From an uncultured archaeon (GTDB taxonomy: Archaea > Asgardarchaeota > Lokiarchaeia > Sigyniarchaeales > SOKP01): 64,000 nucleotides of DNA. Numbering within the stretch: position 1 is the first letter of the stretch; each line of letters opens with the position of its first letter. The position numbers were made by a program, and so were the translations under genes. Below, piece after piece: positions 38,616-49,211 of this stretch. The stretch is from NCBI GenBank assembly GCA_964508365.1, contig CAZDTP010000017.1, forward strand, positions 1-64,000, given 5' to 3'. The notes under the pieces were generated by a model. The model worked only from the letters and a program-made list of their open reading frames with translations, had not been told where the DNA came from and made no database searches.

Positions 38616-40151
38616 TTAAAATCCTGAATCTCTCTTTGGAAATCTACTACGCGTAAGAGAGTATTCGTGGAACATTTTATCTAGAAGTTCTAATCTTAAA
38701 TCTCTATCTTTTTCCCATAAGTTATTAACTTCTTCTTTATCCTTATTTCGATCAAAGATGTCTCCATATCCTGGTATTTCCGCATATTTAGTTATTTTAT
38801 AATTTTTTGTTATTAAATGTATTAAGCGTGTATATAAAGGTCCATGTGGACCTACTTCTTCATCTTCTGTAATGAGAACAGAATCTCGCAGTTTTAATTT
38901 TGGATCTTTAAGAACAGGGGTCATATCATAACCTTGCATTCCGGGGGGTCTATATCGTTCTTTGATATTCAATAGCTCAAGAATGGTTTTGGGCATATCT
39001 ACTGAACTAATAAGAGCATCAGAAACTGATGGGTTAGTGATTCCAGGAATTCGCCATAATAATGGGATTTGTAGAGTACCGTTAAATGGAGAGATTCCCT
39101 TTAATATTAGACCGTGATCTCCCATATAATCACCGTGATCTGAAGTAAAAATCACCATTGTATTGTCTGCTAAACCTAATTTTTCTAAAGCTGCTAAAAT
39201 TTGACCTACTGCGAAATCAATTAAAGAAACAGAACCATAGCTAAGTGCAATGAACTTTCTTATAGTTGCCTCTGTTTCTTCGCGTAATAATGATCCTCTT
39301 ACGGGGGGATGTTCTAAGTGTTTTTTCAGATAAGGGTGTTTATATAAATTCTTTATATCGTTAATATTCTTAGGAAGTACCATTTCCTCTGGTTTATACA
39401 TATCTGCGTATTTACCTGGTGGAGAAACGGGTTGATGGGGGTCTGGAAACGAACAATGTAAAAAGAAAGGTTTTTCTCCATAGTTACCTTTAGAATACCT
39501 TTCTAAAAACGCTATGGTATTGTTCTGAATGTAAGTAGTATTATAAAGCTCTAAAGGAACCCAATTATCGTAAAAAATTTCCTGTGCTGGCACTGTAGTG
39601 GAATACTCCTTAACGATTCGCTCAGCAATCTTAGGGTTTTTTTCTTCTATCCATTCTAGATAGTGCCCTGAACATGCGTTTCCATGACCTATTACACAAT
39701 CCACTTCTTCAAAACCATAGTAGGGAATTGGAAAGTTCTTTCGCGTTAGATGATTACCAGTTGGGTTTTTCAAATACCAATCATAATTATCTTCCGCTGA
39801 TTTTGTTTTTGGATCGTATCTCGGTGTCCAAGTATTATAATGAGTTTTACCAATAGAGATTGTATGATAACCTCTGTTAACTAGGGTTTGAGTAATTGTA
39901 GGTACATTTTCAGGCAAGTTTATCCCATTACTGCGCACTCCATGAACATTGGGATAGTAACCAGTCAGTATTGTAGCTCGGTTAGGCATACACATAGGGG
40001 ATGTGCAGAATGCATTAGAAAAACGTACACTCTCGCTTGCAAACCTGTCTAAGTTGGGAGTTTTAATTATTTTATTACCAGAACACCCCATCATGTCAGC
40101 TCGCTGCTGATCAGTTATAATAAATAAGACATTCATTTTTTCTTTCGTCAT
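38616..40151 (-). CDS. Formylglycine-dependent sulfatase (paralog of 3967..5547)
   Basis: FIITDQQR, CMPNRATILTG, GKTH, DPHQP, TSDHGDYMGDHG. Confidence 0.9.
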   Translation of the reverse strand: MTKEKMNVLFIITDQQRADMMGCSGNKIIKTPNLDRFASESVRFSNAFCTSPMCMPNRATILTGYYPNVHGVRSNGINLPENVPTITQTLVNRGYHTISIGKTHYNTWTPRYDPKTKSAEDNYDWYLKNPTGNHLTRKNFPIPYYGFEEVDCVIGHGNACSGHYLEWIEEKNPKIAERIVKEYSTTVPAQEIFYDNWVPLELYNTTYIQNNTIAFLERYSKGNYGEKPFFLHCSFPDPHQPVSPPGKYADMYKPEEMVLPKNINDIKNLYKHPYLKKHLEHPPVRGSLLREETEATIRKFIALSYGSVSLIDFAVGQILAALEKLGLADNTMVIFTSDHGDYMGDHGLILKGISPFNGTLQIPLLWRIPGITNPSVSDALISSVDMPKTILELLNIKERYRPPGMQGYDMTPVLKDPKLKLRDSVLITEDEEVGPHGPLYTRLIHLITKNYKITKYAEIPGYGDIFDRNKDKEEVNNLWEKDRDLRLELLDKMFHEYSLTRSRFPKRDSGF

Positions 40152-40261
40152 AATAATAATCTCCTAATTTGTTGTTATGAGTAAATTTTAATCCTACATT
40201 AGAAAAAACAAAATCAGTAATAAAATTTTCAATATTGAGGGAAGAAAAAAAAGACTCTAAC

Positions 40262-41140
40262 TTATAAGTGGAATTCAGTAATTTTTGGAACAGAATCCAC
40301 TTTAGGAAAAATCACTCTTGGAACAGGAGGAGCACTATTATAGATTTCCTCAATCTCGATAACTCCAAACTTGATTCCTCTAAATTTTTCAAATCCTGTA
40401 AAAGTTCCTTTTACAACTTGATTATAAAAATCAAAATTCATGCCAAACACAGCCACTTTTGAATCCACTGGAATTTGATATAAATCTTCTTTCAATATTG
40501 AAGGAGGAAACACCAATCTGTTATAATCAGCAGCTTGAAGTTGAATAGAAGGAATCATAGTCGGATACCCATCAGCAGGGTCTATATAAGAAATTACCCT
40601 GACCGCGATAGGTGCAGCAAATAATTTGTATCCAAGGACATTTAGACGCTTTTCGTCAATTTTTGTTTTCGCTCCGCCTTTCCCAATCATATCCTTAATT
40701 ATTCCTTTTACAATACCAAATAAGGGTAAATTTCTTACAGGTGTAGCAGCTACTATGTTATTATAGTACGCTGTATGAACTCTTATATAGGTAAAGTATC
40801 GCATCAATTGTGATTGGTTAAAATGTTCTAAATCTTCACCTTCCTTTGTAATATGGCTAAAATCTGCTTTAACTTGAAGGAACTTAAAGGGTATTTCGGT
40901 ACTCATGTAGAAAATTCCTTGCTTCGGTCTCTCTTTAACGTATTGCTTACTCAAACCCTCAGTAAAAGCCCCCCATGCTATTTTGTCTTTACTTATTGCC
41001 CGATTACTCGCAATTAGAGTAATATGGGGCCAACCTCGATCGTCTATAGTGGAGACTAACTTAAGCATTATATCTGGTTGAGTAAATTCTATACCTTCGT
41101 CAGATATTTCGGATGACCATTCAACTTTATTTTTTCCCAT
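40262..41140 (-). CDS. Tandem FMN-binding split-barrel (pyridoxamine 5'-phosphate oxidase-like) protein
   Basis: Two repeats of LVSTIDDRGWPHITL / VISYIDPADGYPTMI followed by similar beta patterns. Confidence 0.65.
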   Translation of the reverse strand: MGKNKVEWSSEISDEGIEFTQPDIMLKLVSTIDDRGWPHITLIASNRAISKDKIAWGAFTEGLSKQYVKERPKQGIFYMSTEIPFKFLQVKADFSHITKEGEDLEHFNQSQLMRYFTYIRVHTAYYNNIVAATPVRNLPLFGIVKGIIKDMIGKGGAKTKIDEKRLNVLGYKLFAAPIAVRVISYIDPADGYPTMIPSIQLQAADYNRLVFPPSILKEDLYQIPVDSKVAVFGMNFDFYNQVVKGTFTGFEKFRGIKFGVIEIEEIYNSAPPVPRVIFPKVDSVPKITEFHL

Positions 41141-41156
41141 TTTATATCATCTTATA

Positions 41157-42131
41157 TTAATTTTCTTCAGCATGTTCAAGATCTTCTTGTTTTTTCGTTA
41201 ACCCAGACCATTGAACATTCTTAACGCCACTTTTTTTGCCAATCTCTATATATTCGTCCATTTTATCTGAGGAAATTAGAGGAAAGTCCTTTAGGGACCA
41301 ATCCATATCTAATCTTTCATATTTAGCTGTACATAAGTTATTGAACGACAGCAAGTCCCATCTTTCTGGAATGTTATGTAACTTGTTAACTATAAATTCT
41401 CCAATTCCTTTAACATTTTTCTCTGTCGCAGTATAATTTGGAATAATGGGAGTTCGAATCCACAGTTTCTTACCATTGTCTTTCACATAATTCGAAATCC
41501 AGATGGCATTTTCCAATATGAGGGTATTCGGAACGCCGGTGTATTCCTTATGTTTTTCAGAATTAATCTCCTTAATATCAAGGAGGATCAAATCAACATA
41601 GGGAAGTAATTTCTGATAAATATTCTTGGAAGCGTATCCGCAAGTGTCTAAAGCTGTTGAGATACCATTATTTTTGCATTTTTTTAAAAAATCCAAAATA
41701 AAATCGGACTGGAGCGTAGGTTCACCCCCTGAAACTGTAATACCGCCATGAGATTGGGTGTAGTAGACTTTATCTTTTTGAATTTCGTAATATAAATCCT
41801 CTAAATCCCATAATTCTCCAAACATATGTAAAGCAGTACTAGGGCATTCTTCTGAGCACAAACCGCAACTATCACACTTATCTCTGTCGATATGCATCCC
41901 ATCTTCATCGAGTAATAATGCTCCCTTTTGACATGTTTCGATACAAATTTTACATCCAATACATTTATGTTTAAACCATTCTAATTGCTTCTTTTTTAGA
42001 ATTGATTCTGGATTGTGGCACCATATACATTTTAAAGGGCACTGCTTAAAAAAAACTGTTGTTCTAATCCCGGGTCCATCTTCAGTGGACATCTTTTGAA
42101 TCTGAAAAATCAGAGCTTTAGATTCTGCCAT
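41157..42131 (-). CDS. Glycyl-radical enzyme activating enzyme (radical SAM, 2x[4Fe-4S] ferredoxin insert)
   Basis: DGPGIRTTVFFKQCPLKCIWCHNPE, CIGCKICIETC, CDSCGLCSEEC, GGITVSGGEP. Confidence 0.95.
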   Translation of the reverse strand: MAESKALIFQIQKMSTEDGPGIRTTVFFKQCPLKCIWCHNPESILKKKQLEWFKHKCIGCKICIETCQKGALLLDEDGMHIDRDKCDSCGLCSEECPSTALHMFGELWDLEDLYYEIQKDKVYYTQSHGGITVSGGEPTLQSDFILDFLKKCKNNGISTALDTCGYASKNIYQKLLPYVDLILLDIKEINSEKHKEYTGVPNTLILENAIWISNYVKDNGKKLWIRTPIIPNYTATEKNVKGIGEFIVNKLHNIPERWDLLSFNNLCTAKYERLDMDWSLKDFPLISSDKMDEYIEIGKKSGVKNVQWSGLTKKQEDLEHAEEN

Positions 42132-42457
42132 TTTAAATAGATTTTAAGCTGATTATTAAATAACAAAAGTCTTGGAGCTAATTTAATTTTATTAATTGTA
42201 GTATAAAATATTAATAGAGATTAAAAATTAAAAAATTTTATATCAAGCACATAATCTGCAAGGCTTAGAATAATATTGATACTAGACTAATAAATTGGAT
42301 AAGAATTAATTCATTTGAAAAAGGAAAGTATCTATAGTTATTTCTTGCTTACTTAACTTTTACATGCAATCATTGTGTTTATCCCCCATGTGTGACCTTA
42401 AAATTTAATTATATTCAAAAAAGTCTTTATTTAATAGACAATTAATACAAATACTAC

Positions 42458-42928
42458 TTGAAAATCTTAGTGAAAAAATATATGGTTGCTGAGAATTATT
42501 CTGGATTTGTCCAAAGATATAATATGATGATTGGAGTTCTAATAAGTGCCTTATTAACAAACATCTTGTTCTTAATTTTACCAATTGCAATTTTCGTTAT
42601 AGCAGATATATTTTTAGTTATAGGAAGCTGTACTGGACTCTATTTCACATTTAAATATAGAAAAGAATCACAATCATACATTAAAACAGGTATAATTGTT
42701 GGATTGACTGGTTCAGTTTTATCATTATTATTAATAGGTTGCTTTGATTGGATTTTTTATTTGATACCCGTATATGGATTTGATTTTATTCTCTTATTAG
42801 AATATATATTAGTCTTATTCATGTATTACGGAATAATTTTCGCGATAGTTGGGACGATATTAGGTTATATTTTTGGGAGCGTTTATAGAAAGAGAGAAGT
42901 TAGAAATAATGAATCTCCTCTATTTTAA
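42458..42928 (+). CDS. Hypothetical membrane protein (about 4 TM helices)
   Basis: Hydrophobic segments; the true start may be ATG 42482. Confidence 0.6.
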   Translation: MKILVKKYMVAENYSGFVQRYNMMIGVLISALLTNILFLILPIAIFVIADIFLVIGSCTGLYFTFKYRKESQSYIKTGIIVGLTGSVLSLLLIGCFDWIFYLIPVYGFDFILLLEYILVLFMYYGIIFAIVGTILGYIFGSVYRKREVRNNESPLF

Positions 42929-42990
42929 ATAAATTTTTTTTGATCTTCACCTTATTAAATATAATAACATAACAAACAAGGAGATTAAAA

Positions 42991-43815
42991 GTGTCTGAAC
43001 AATACTTTGAACATATTAAAATCGAAAGAATTGGAGAAGGAAATTACTTAGTAATTTCAATTAATCGCCCTGAGAGGCTAAATGCTTTACAAAATAAAAC
43101 TTTAAAAGAGATTGCAGATGCTCTCGAATCAATGGCTTTAGATAAGTCAGTTAGATGCGTAGTTCTAAGAGGTACTAAAGAATTCATTAAGAAACCAGCA
43201 TTTTCTGCTGGTGCTGATTTATCAGCTAGAGGAAACCTTGAAATCGATCCAATAAATTTAATGGATCAGAGCCATGCGATGTATTTAAGACATAAATACT
43301 ATAATATTATAGAAGAATTTCCAAAACCTTTAATAGCTGCTGTAGATGGTTATGCTTTAGGTGGTGGATTTGAGCTAGTATTAGTATGTGATATTATAAT
43401 CGCATCAAAACGTTCTACATTTGGTTTTCCAGAAATAACACGAGGAATTGCTCCCTTCAATGGAGGAACACAGAGATTAATTAGGAGTTTAGGGAAAATA
43501 AGAACCAAATCAATGATCTTTTTCGGAGAACATTATTCAGCCGAAGTTATGTATAATTGGGGTTTAGTATCATTTTTGGTTGATAATGATAAATTTGAAG
43601 AGGTTGTCCATGAGAAGGCAGCTTGGTTAGGAAATGCTGCAACCAAAAGCTTATTTGTCATTAAAAAGGCTATAGATTATGGAACTCAAGCTCCGCTAAA
43701 TCTGGGACTTCAATTTGAGCATTTGGGTTATGCTGTTAATTCGCAATCAAAAGATGTAAACGAAGGAGTGACCGCATTCTTACAAAAAAGAAACCCTAAA
43801 TTTACTGGCGAATAA
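42991..43815 (+). CDS. Enoyl-CoA hydratase (crotonase)
   Basis: INRPERLNAL, AFSAGAD, GYALGGGFEL, FPEITRG, EGVTAFLQKR. Confidence 0.92.
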   Translation: MSEQYFEHIKIERIGEGNYLVISINRPERLNALQNKTLKEIADALESMALDKSVRCVVLRGTKEFIKKPAFSAGADLSARGNLEIDPINLMDQSHAMYLRHKYYNIIEEFPKPLIAAVDGYALGGGFELVLVCDIIIASKRSTFGFPEITRGIAPFNGGTQRLIRSLGKIRTKSMIFFGEHYSAEVMYNWGLVSFLVDNDKFEEVVHEKAAWLGNAATKSLFVIKKAIDYGTQAPLNLGLQFEHLGYAVNSQSKDVNEGVTAFLQKRNPKFTGE

Positions 43816-43846
43816 TAAAAAAAAATAATTATTTTTTTATTTAATT

Positions 43847-45022
43847 TCAAACCATTTTAACAAACTTACCTGTTTTTAATAATTCACAAGGTTTTAAAGA
43901 AGATTTTCCTAACTTTTCAGAATATTCTTCTAAAAGTTCAGATAATTCTTTGTAGTGCTCAGTCGCATATTTCATTGGTCCCGAAAAGTTCATGCCAGCT
44001 AAAATCGCTTCATCTATAACTTTCCAACTATTAACAACACCTTCTTCTAATATTCTGCAGCCTTCGTTTGCATTGATTGCTGTAAACACTAAACTATTTA
44101 CTAAGCCTGCTTTTTTAGAAAGATCGGGTTGTGGTCGTCCTTTAGACCAATCATAGAAGCCCTGACCAGTCTTTTTTCCTAGTTTACCTTCATTATATTG
44201 CATCGTGAGAACTTTACCCGGTTTATAATCAGGTGAAAGTTTCTCAGCATAATATAAACCGCCGTTATACGCGATATCTCTCCCTGTGAAATCTGCCAAT
44301 GTAAGAGCTGACATTGGGGCGTTAGGACGTGATAGATCTGCATCTACTTGTTCCCATGGGATTCCTTGTTCATAAGCAAGATCGATTATATAGTTTGAAT
44401 ATATAGCGCTGGGAGATAGAACGCGGTTAACAATAAATCCAGGACGAGATTTTAAAACTAGGGCGACGTAACGTTCTCCTCTTAAACAAGGCAGTGATTC
44501 TGCCACTTTAATCCCGATTTCTATTGATTCATCGGAACTCTTATCACCTTTTATTACTTCAATTAAACGCATCAAAGGAGCAGGATTAAAGAAGTGCATT
44601 CCAATTACATTTTGTGGTTTCCCACAATTTTGCGCAATTTCAGTGATACTTATTGTAGAGGTATTAGAAGCAAAAATACAATGATCTGGAGAATACTCGA
44701 TTACATCTTTGCAAAGCTTTTGCTTAACATCTAATTTTTCAACCACGGCTTCTATAACTAAATCGGCGCCTTTAGAAGCTTCAATCAAATCCTTACTTAC
44801 ACTCAACCTTGAGAAAGTTTCAGCTGCTGAAGCGCCCTCTGGTAATTTTCCTTTAGATTCAAGCTTTTCAAAACCTATCTTATTATAATCTAAACCTTTT
44901 TGTATCAATTCGTCATTAATATCAACCGCAACAACATTATATCCCGCCATTAAGCTAACTTGGGCAATTCCTTTACCCATATCTCCAAATCCAAGCATAA
45001 CAATATTTTTTACTTTAGTCAT
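43847..45022 (-). CDS. 3-hydroxyacyl-CoA dehydrogenase
   Basis: GFGDMGKGIAQ, EAVVEKLDVK, ASNTSTISIT, GMHFFNP, GFIVNR. Confidence 0.92.
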   Translation of the reverse strand: MTKVKNIVMLGFGDMGKGIAQVSLMAGYNVVAVDINDELIQKGLDYNKIGFEKLESKGKLPEGASAAETFSRLSVSKDLIEASKGADLVIEAVVEKLDVKQKLCKDVIEYSPDHCIFASNTSTISITEIAQNCGKPQNVIGMHFFNPAPLMRLIEVIKGDKSSDESIEIGIKVAESLPCLRGERYVALVLKSRPGFIVNRVLSPSAIYSNYIIDLAYEQGIPWEQVDADLSRPNAPMSALTLADFTGRDIAYNGGLYYAEKLSPDYKPGKVLTMQYNEGKLGKKTGQGFYDWSKGRPQPDLSKKAGLVNSLVFTAINANEGCRILEEGVVNSWKVIDEAILAGMNFSGPMKYATEHYKELSELLEEYSEKLGKSSLKPCELLKTGKFVKMV

Positions 45023-45147
45023 AATTCTTTTTCATCCTAGTTTGGTTATTTTTCAATATTTAACAATAATTTAAAGTATTATATAATAAAATTTTAAATT
45101 TTATACTGTATTAAATTATTAACATTATTAGGCTCAAAATTTAAAAA

Positions 45148-46428
45148 GTGATAAATGTGAAAGAAGTATGGCTAATTGATTACGCCCGTACACCATTTTC
45201 TAGGTCGAGACCAACTCAACCAGAGAGGGATGTGTTTGGGGAAATAAGAGGAGATGAACTCCTTGCTGAATTATTAATGAAATTCTTTGATGGTAAATTA
45301 GCAGAAAAAGGAATAGAGAAAAAAGACATAGAGGAGGTATCAATAGGAGTTGCTTCGGGAGTATTGGAAAATTGGACCTATGGAGGACGTGGTCCTCTGT
45401 TCTTATCAGGATTTCCTTATGAAGTTCCGTCGTTTTTTATCGATAGACAATGCGCTTCAGCAGGATCTGGGATGCATGTGGGTATCATGGAAATCATGAC
45501 GGGGAATAGTAATTGCGTATTGGCCACAGGGTTTGAACATATGACGCGCGTTCGCGGGATAGGGATAGATCGTAATTATTCGACAGAAGATAAGGAAAGT
45601 AAGTTTTATAGACCCGAATTAGATCTACAAACTTCATTTAATATGCTACAAACAGCCCAAAAATTGTACGAAGAAGAAATTCCTACATTTACCAAAGAAG
45701 ATTTAGATAAATTTGGAGTAAGAAGTCATAATCTCACAATCAAAAGTCAGGAAAATGGGTATTATAAAGGCGAAATCATAGGAATTGAAGGTCATGCTCC
45801 TGGTAATGTTGAAGAGAAAATGTTTATCGATAGAGATATGAATCCCAGAAAATCAACTTTAGAAGGAGTGTCTGGACTGCGACGATTGGCTCAACCTTTC
45901 TTCTTAGAGAAAAATGGGGGGAAAGAAGGGTATATAAAGAGAGAGGGTACAGAAGAAGGCGTAATTACAGCGGGTAATTCATCTCCTTTAAACGCAGGTG
46001 CTACAGCAGCAATTTTAATGGAAGCAGAAGAAGCTAAGAAAAGAAAAATTGAGCCTATGGCTAAAATTGTTTCAATGGGTTGGGCTGGTGTCGATCCTAC
46101 TGTAATGGGAAGAGGTCCAGTCCCTGCTACTCAGAAAGCGTTAAAACAGGCAAATCTCACTGTAGATGATATCGATTACTGGGAGATTAACGAAGCTTTT
46201 TGCATCGTTGCGTTAAATTGTATGAATACATTCAATATCCCTGAAGAAAAAGTGAATATTATGGGAGGATCTACTGCTATAGGACACCCATTAGGTGCTA
46301 CACTGATACGATTAACTGGTACTCTTGCAAGAATTTTAAAAGAAAAGAAGGCAAGATATGGTGTTGCTAACGCGTGTGTCGGAGGCGGACAGGGAGTTGC
46401 TACAATTATTGAAAATCTCGATATATAA
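45148..46428 (+). CDS. Acetyl-CoA C-acyltransferase (thiolase)
   Basis: RQCASAG (nucleophile Cys), NEAF, AIGHPLG, CVGGGQG. Confidence 0.95.
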   Translation: MINVKEVWLIDYARTPFSRSRPTQPERDVFGEIRGDELLAELLMKFFDGKLAEKGIEKKDIEEVSIGVASGVLENWTYGGRGPLFLSGFPYEVPSFFIDRQCASAGSGMHVGIMEIMTGNSNCVLATGFEHMTRVRGIGIDRNYSTEDKESKFYRPELDLQTSFNMLQTAQKLYEEEIPTFTKEDLDKFGVRSHNLTIKSQENGYYKGEIIGIEGHAPGNVEEKMFIDRDMNPRKSTLEGVSGLRRLAQPFFLEKNGGKEGYIKREGTEEGVITAGNSSPLNAGATAAILMEAEEAKKRKIEPMAKIVSMGWAGVDPTVMGRGPVPATQKALKQANLTVDDIDYWEINEAFCIVALNCMNTFNIPEEKVNIMGGSTAIGHPLGATLIRLTGTLARILKEKKARYGVANACVGGGQGVATIIENLDI

Positions 46429-46456
46429 CCTATATCTCAATAATTATTTTCTGAAT

Positions 46457-48958
46457 TTACATTGAATGCGATTCTCGCGCTATAATTTCATCTTGTAGTT
46501 CTTTTCCAATGGCGTTAAAATAAGCATTATAACCAGTAATCCGAACTAAGAGATTAGTATAGTTTTCTGGATGTTTTTGGGCATCTTTTAACATTTCAAC
46601 ATCAAGCATATTTACCTGTAAACAAGTTCCTCCGTTTTCAATGTATCCTTTTAAATACGATTTAAATTTTTCTTTATGTTCTGGATTCTTAAGAATAGCT
46701 GGATTGAATGTAATCGTATGACTTGCCCCGTTAGGTAAAAAATTTATATATTCACCATCTTCTGTTTTTCCCCCTAAAGCTATACCTACAGAATTAGTTA
46801 CAGCCGTAGGACCTTTTAAATCTGCTCCAGTTGACGGACATATTGCGTTAGAAAGAAAAGTTCCCATTTTTCGACCATCTGGAGTAGCAATTGTTAAACT
46901 AGCGTCAGCTCCAGCCCAATAATTCCATGAAAGCATGCCAGGTCGAAATTGAAAATCTGTAGGAGTTTTGTACTTCCAGGTTTCATCAGCCCACACTTTC
47001 ATTACTTTTTGAGCTAACTCATCAGCATCATCGACATCGTTTCCATACTTAGGCGCTCTATTTTTTAAGAAGGTTTGAATCACAGCGTATTCATTGCCCT
47101 CAAAATCGTTAATCAAGGCATCTTTAAATTGAGATATGGTGTATTTCTTATCGTCGTAAACATATTTTTTAATCGCCAATAAAGAGTCGACGGTAGTAGC
47201 AAAACCAACGCCCTCAACTGTTATAAATCTTAACTCAGGACCGCCACGTCTAATGTCTAATCCTTTTTCAATACATCCTTGAACTAACGTTGATAAATAA
47301 GGAGTGGGTAAATATTCTGCTCTAAGAGATTCAGTTAAATTATATGTGTCTACGGTGTATTTAATGAGAAATTCTACTTGTCTTTTCCACGCATTCCAAA
47401 ATTCTTCCCAAGTTTTAAAGATTTCAGAATTACCCGTTTTTGGGCCGACTTGCTCGCCCTTCTTGGTAGCAACATCATTACCGGGCATGTTCTTTCCGTT
47501 CCAAAGCGTTAATTCAATGCTTTTTGTTAGATTTGGATTGCAATTCACGGTACCAGATCTATCGTTTCCTTGCATTGTATTTTCTAAACATCCAACGCAT
47601 GCGTAATCCCAAGCATCTTCTTGAGATATACCCTCTGCAATCATACCTGCAATACTTCTCTCGTCGAAATTTATAAGAATTGGGGCTCCTTGCGATCGAG
47701 AAACCATATCAACTATGATATTTAACAATTTCTCAGGAGAATTTCTATGTAGTCTAACATTTGGCTTTGGTTCTAAGATTGGAGACCATTCATCAACAAC
47801 TTCCAGAATAGTATAAGTCAATTCGTTAGTCAAATCTTCGCCATTAGGACCACATCCACTAAGGGTCATCAATTGACCGAACGCCGAAGTAATTCCCTGC
47901 TTTCCTACTTTGATTTGAGCATCGTAAGCAGTGTTGCAATGAAACCAGAAACTACCTAAAATATCTTTGGCAAAATCTTTCGAAATATTTCTTTCATCAA
48001 TCACGTCTTTTTTATATAAATCCCAGAGGTGTTGATCTGTCCTACCAAAGGAAGTACCAGGACCAGGGTAAGATTCTTCTGCCATAATAAGCATGTGAGT
48101 TAACCAAATCGCTTGTATTCCTTGCCAAAAAGTCTCGGCAGGCTCCCAAGGAACTTTTTCAAGGTTTTTAGCCATTTGTTCTAGTTCTTTTATTCTTTCA
48201 GACGATGTTGCTTTTTCTTTAAGTCTTCTACATTCTTCAGCATATTTTTGAGCAAATTTTCTTGGTATCTCTGAAGCGTTTAGCATTGCTCTTAATTCTT
48301 GACCTTTAGAACCTTTTTTTTCTCGTTCTGACAATTGTTCATATTGAGCTTTTGTTTTTTCATGTATAAACTTGAAACCTTTTTTGATTATGGTTTCGTG
48401 ATCTGGGATAAGATGTCCTCCCGTTGCTCCTGTATTTCCAAACCCTGATTTATGAAATTTGTAAAATTTATGTCTAATGCTCAAATTTTCCTTCCAATAT
48501 TTTTTAGTCTCATTTTCTTTTAAACTATCGCTCAATTGAGTATTAAATCTGCCACCAGCAATTAAATCGTTCTCAGAAATGATCTCGTGAGGTATATAAT
48601 CAAGCATGACCGTTTCAAAAAATTTTATTTTACGTTCCGGTAAAGATAAATCCCAGAAACCATCAGGCAGTGATACTGGAATAGCTATAGATCTTAAACA
48701 TCCCTCAAAAACTCCTTTGCCTTTATTTCCTATGTAAAAATAAATCTCAGGAGTGACGTAATAATCAGATTCGCACCAAATTATATCCCAATCTGTGCCA
48801 GTAGTGAAAGACATGTATTCGTTATTCCACTCGCGTTCAACTCCTTTGAAGTAATAATCCCTTAACCATTTCGATCTTTTGGATAAATGATAAGGCTCAG
48901 CGATATTAAATTTTGGTTCTTCTTTCTTTATTTCTGTTCTATGATCTAAGTCGCTCAT
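46457..48958 (-). CDS. Glycyl radical enzyme of unassigned subfamily (PFL2/eliminase-like)
   Basis: 833 aa; single-Cys loop ACVGCLE; C-terminal glycyl loop LLVRITGYNAYF; no PFL-type adjacent Cys-Cys pair. Confidence 0.92.
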   Translation of the reverse strand: MSDLDHRTEIKKEEPKFNIAEPYHLSKRSKWLRDYYFKGVEREWNNEYMSFTTGTDWDIIWCESDYYVTPEIYFYIGNKGKGVFEGCLRSIAIPVSLPDGFWDLSLPERKIKFFETVMLDYIPHEIISENDLIAGGRFNTQLSDSLKENETKKYWKENLSIRHKFYKFHKSGFGNTGATGGHLIPDHETIIKKGFKFIHEKTKAQYEQLSEREKKGSKGQELRAMLNASEIPRKFAQKYAEECRRLKEKATSSERIKELEQMAKNLEKVPWEPAETFWQGIQAIWLTHMLIMAEESYPGPGTSFGRTDQHLWDLYKKDVIDERNISKDFAKDILGSFWFHCNTAYDAQIKVGKQGITSAFGQLMTLSGCGPNGEDLTNELTYTILEVVDEWSPILEPKPNVRLHRNSPEKLLNIIVDMVSRSQGAPILINFDERSIAGMIAEGISQEDAWDYACVGCLENTMQGNDRSGTVNCNPNLTKSIELTLWNGKNMPGNDVATKKGEQVGPKTGNSEIFKTWEEFWNAWKRQVEFLIKYTVDTYNLTESLRAEYLPTPYLSTLVQGCIEKGLDIRRGGPELRFITVEGVGFATTVDSLLAIKKYVYDDKKYTISQFKDALINDFEGNEYAVIQTFLKNRAPKYGNDVDDADELAQKVMKVWADETWKYKTPTDFQFRPGMLSWNYWAGADASLTIATPDGRKMGTFLSNAICPSTGADLKGPTAVTNSVGIALGGKTEDGEYINFLPNGASHTITFNPAILKNPEHKEKFKSYLKGYIENGGTCLQVNMLDVEMLKDAQKHPENYTNLLVRITGYNAYFNAIGKELQDEIIARESHSM

Positions 48959-49211
48959 TTATAATGGTTCCTCATAGGTTGAATTTAATATTAAAACCAC
49001 AGAAAGTGTAGTTTTTTAATTTATATTTAATTACACTTAATTCAGAATCAATAATAAATATTCAAATTATTTCTTATAATCCTCGCTATTAATAATTTCT
49101 AATCAATTTGAATCAAACTTAAATTATTATCAAATTATTTTTAATTTAGAAACCATTTGTTTAATTATAGGCACCTTATTTTCTTAAACAGAAAGTATTA
49201 AGGTTTTTTTT

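Noticed and set aside
46457-48958. Calling the GRE pyruvate formate-lyase or choline TMA-lyase (CutC)
   Set aside because: No adjacent Cys-Cys pair as in PFL; the loop reads GCLEN rather than CutC-type GCVEP, and there are no microcompartment or cut genes nearby
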